A stretch of DNA of 5,767 nt from a virus. The position numbers and the translations under genes are program-made. This document shows positions 4,690 to 5,767 of this stretch, one piece after another. The stretch lies in the IMG/VR virus record IMGVR_UViG_3300019124_000073, positions 1-5,767 of that record; one strand, 5' to 3'. Numbering within the stretch: position 1 is the stretch's first letter; each line of letters begins with the position of its first letter. The notes beneath the pieces were generated by a model. The model saw only the letters and a program-made list of their open reading frames with translations, did not search any database and had not been told where the DNA came from.

Positions 4690-5022
4690 ATGCGTGTCCA
4701 AGTCAAAGCCATCGTCAAAGGTGCAGGGTTCTTCCAAGGCCAGATCGAAGGGAAGGACTTCGATGCCGGTCAGGTCTTCATCGAAGAGCCGTTCGACAAG
4801 TCGAAGCCCAACTACAAGGGCTTCCGCACGGTCGAATACAAGTGCGTGGACTCAGCTGTCGTTAAGCCTGTGATGCATCTGGAGTTCCCCATCACGGCCG
4901 AGGTGGACATGGAGATGTCTGCGACGAAGCGCGGCATGGAGGTCGTCGTCCATTCGGTCAAGCCGCTCGGACTGGCTGACGCGCAGCCCGGTCAGGCGCT
5001 GCGGGCCAAGGCCACGGCGTGA
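4690..5022 (+). CDS. Putative ssDNA-binding protein (pV analogue), 110 aa
   Basis: Seen: AGGAGG at 4680-4685 and ATG at 4690. The product is soluble and beta-strand-like, has no TM segment, and its GC3 is high. Inference from position: it lies immediately after rep and before the small membrane and coat genes, and it has the size typical of gV. I recognise no diagnostic motif. Confidence 0.55.
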   Translation: MRVQVKAIVKGAGFFQGQIEGKDFDAGQVFIEEPFDKSKPNYKGFRTVEYKCVDSAVVKPVMHLEFPITAEVDMEMSATKRGMEVVVHSVKPLGLADAQPGQALRAKATA

Positions 5023-5180
5023 TGCAGCGGCTTGCTCGCTGGCTGGAGCGGCGCTATGGCAGGCGTGGCGCCCTCTACATCGCCCGGTGCGTGGAGGCCG
5101 TTGGGTGGCTGCTGGTGGCCGCGTCGGCGGGCGCCATGGCGGTCGGCGCGTGGGTGCAGCACCTGCAGCTGGTGCAGTAA
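5022..5180 (+). CDS. 52-aa small membrane protein MQRLARWLERRYGRRGALYIARCVEAVGWLLVAASAGAMAVGAWVQHLQLVQ (pVII/pIX-position protein)
   Basis: Seen: the ATG overlaps the upstream TGA (TGATG, 5020-5024). GC3 is about 90% in this frame. A basic N-terminus is followed by one TM-like segment, and the stop is TAA at 5178-5180. The ORF is not in the supplied track. The competing track ORFs 5032-5349 and 5087-5281 are Arg/Pro/Trp-rich shadows. Confidence 0.6.
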   Translation: MQRLARWLERRYGRRGALYIARCVEAVGWLLVAASAGAMAVGAWVQHLQLVQ

Positions 5181-5183
5181 GCC

Positions 5184-5429
5184 ATGCGGTGTGTGGCGGT
5201 CGACTCCAGCACGGGCGCGCTCACCGCGACCGCAGACGAGTCCTGCACCGGCTCTCAATTCGTCCTGCTCACCCAGAGTGAGCTGGACTTCTACACGGCT
5301 TCCCCGTTTCGTATGTCCGTCGCGGACGGGGCGGTCTTGTCGGGCCTGATCGTGGGGGTGTGGGTTGCTGCCTTCATCTGCCGCGCGCTGGTCCGTTCCT
5401 TGTTCAACGACGGCAGCAACGAGCCATAG
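5184..5429 (+). CDS. 81-aa small membrane protein with a C-terminal TM segment (VLSGLIVGVWVAAFICRALV); candidate minor virion or assembly protein
   Basis: Seen: the ATG is 3 nt after the preceding stop, GC3 is high, and there is one TM segment. It lies directly upstream of the coat gene, whose SD overlaps this gene's stop codon. Confidence 0.7.
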   Translation: MRCVAVDSSTGALTATADESCTGSQFVLLTQSELDFYTASPFRMSVADGAVLSGLIVGVWVAAFICRALVRSLFNDGSNEP

Positions 5430-5442
5430 GAGGGCTCACAAC

Positions 5443-5652
5443 ATGAAGATGAACCGCAAGCAGCTGGCCCTGCGCCTCGCCGCCATCCCGGCGTTCGTCG
5501 CCGCCACCGCTGGCAACGCCCTCGCGGCGGTGCCCTCGGAGGTGACCACGGAACTGACGGCGGCCAAGACCGACGTCATGACCATCGGCGCCGCCGTGTT
5601 CGCGATCGCCGTGGGCATCGTCCTGTTCAAGTGGTTCCGCCGCTCCCTGTGA
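5443..5652 (+). CDS. Major coat protein (pVIII-like), 69-aa precursor and about 41-aa mature protein
   Basis: Seen: AGGAGG at 5428-5433 with a 9-nt spacer before ATG 5443. The signal peptide is MKMNRKQLALRLAAIPAFVAATAGNALA|A. The mature protein AVPSEVTTELTAAKTDVMTIGAAVFAIAVGIVLFKWFRRSL has an acidic N-terminus, a hydrophobic core and a basic C-terminus, which is the canonical pVIII design. From memory, the C-terminal KWFRRSL resembles the Xanthomonas Xf coat ...KWVRRAM. The track start at 5365 (TTG) overlaps the upstream gene and I rejected it. Confidence 0.88.
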   Translation: MKMNRKQLALRLAAIPAFVAATAGNALAAVPSEVTTELTAAKTDVMTIGAAVFAIAVGIVLFKWFRRSL

Positions 5653-5767
5653 GCGTCTGAACCCTTGGGCAGGGTCGGGGGTCGGCGGGTGACTGCTGAC
5701 CCCCTTTTTCATTCTTGGAGGGGTGTGATGAATCCGGATGTGATGGGCGTATGGGTCCTTGTGGCCC
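5641..5767. repeat. Terminal redundancy (right copy) marking circular closure
   Basis: Identical to 1-127. It contains the real 3' end of the coat gene (stop TGA 5650-5652), a second copy of the terminator (5677-5709) and a truncated copy of the micro-ORF (from ATG 5728). Confidence 0.97.

Larger units (their letters stand above)
1..5767 (+). mobile_element. Complete circular filamentous-phage (inovirus-like) genome, unit length 5,640 bp, shown with a 127-bp end overlap
   Basis: Seen: exact identity of 1-127 and 5641-5767. Genes are tightly packed and almost all on one strand. The inovirus core set is present: Rep_trans-type initiator, small ssDNA-binding candidate, small TM proteins, pVIII-like coat, pIII-like protein, pVI-like protein and Zot/pI NTPase, plus one divergent HTH regulator. 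Established: this gene order is typical of CTXphi-, Cf/Lf- and RSS-like inoviruses. Confidence 0.9.

Noticed and set aside
2489-5176. Apparent excess of CTGCAG/CAGCTG palindromes (2489-2510, 3205-3225, 3274, 4075, 4432, 5163-5170) and a 12-nt repeat GCTGCAGCTGCT shared by 2500-2511 and 3213-3224
   Set aside because: These are largely explained by Leu-Gln/Ala-Ala codon pairs (CTG CAG, GCT GCA) in a GC-rich genome. A single 12-nt match is about what chance predicts in 5.6 kb on both strands. Only the 2485-2519 cluster is retained, because of its codon anomaly.
4992-5349. Track ORFs 5032-5349 (+), 5087-5281 (+) and 4992-5258 (-)
   Set aside because: They are Arg/Trp/Pro/Gly-rich shadow frames. 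The frames 5022-5180 and 5184-5429 have far higher GC3, coupled starts and TM segments.
5365-5442. Coat ORF extension from TTG 5365 in the track
   Set aside because: It overlaps the well-supported ORF 5184-5429, lacks an SD and would precede the signal peptide. AGGAGG at 5428-5433 serves ATG 5443.
1-5767. Searched by eye for tRNA/rRNA-like segments, CRISPR-type regularly spaced repeats, IS-type terminal inverted repeats and toxin-antitoxin-sized gene pairs
   Set aside because: None found. The only long repeat is the 127-bp end overlap, which is a circularisation artefact and not a biological direct repeat.

Overview
The window is one complete, circularly closed genome of a small filamentous phage. 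It is inovirus-like, with the CTXphi / Xanthomonas Cf-Lf type of layout, and is written out linearly. Bases 1-127 recur exactly at 5641-5767, so the true unit is 5,640 bp. The DNA is GC-rich (by eye about 60-65%). A strong GC bias at third codon positions separates real frames from the many long shadow ORFs in the supplied track. I support 11 genes. On the + strand, in order: a Rep_trans/RstA-type replication initiator (3683-4681), a putative ssDNA-binding protein (4690-5022), two small membrane proteins (5022-5180, which is absent from the ORF track, and 5184-5429), and a pVIII-like major coat protein (5443-5652, running into the overlap). A strong intrinsic terminator follows, then a 24-aa hydrophobic micro-ORF (88-162, also absent from the track), a Cys-rich pIII-like adsorption protein (159-1514), a pVI-like membrane protein (1517-1855) and a Zot/pI assembly NTPase (1858-2898). 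The minus strand carries one divergent HTH regulator (3058-3450), which unexpectedly has a C-terminal transmembrane segment. I see no secretin, integrase, tRNA, rRNA or CRISPR. The two non-coding regions (2899-3057 and 3451-3682) and the 5' end of rep are densely structured with palindromes, GC hairpins and a C7/G7 hairpin. These are the best candidates for operator, origins and packaging signal. All functional calls rest on recognisable motifs, protein architecture and gene order. No database search was possible.
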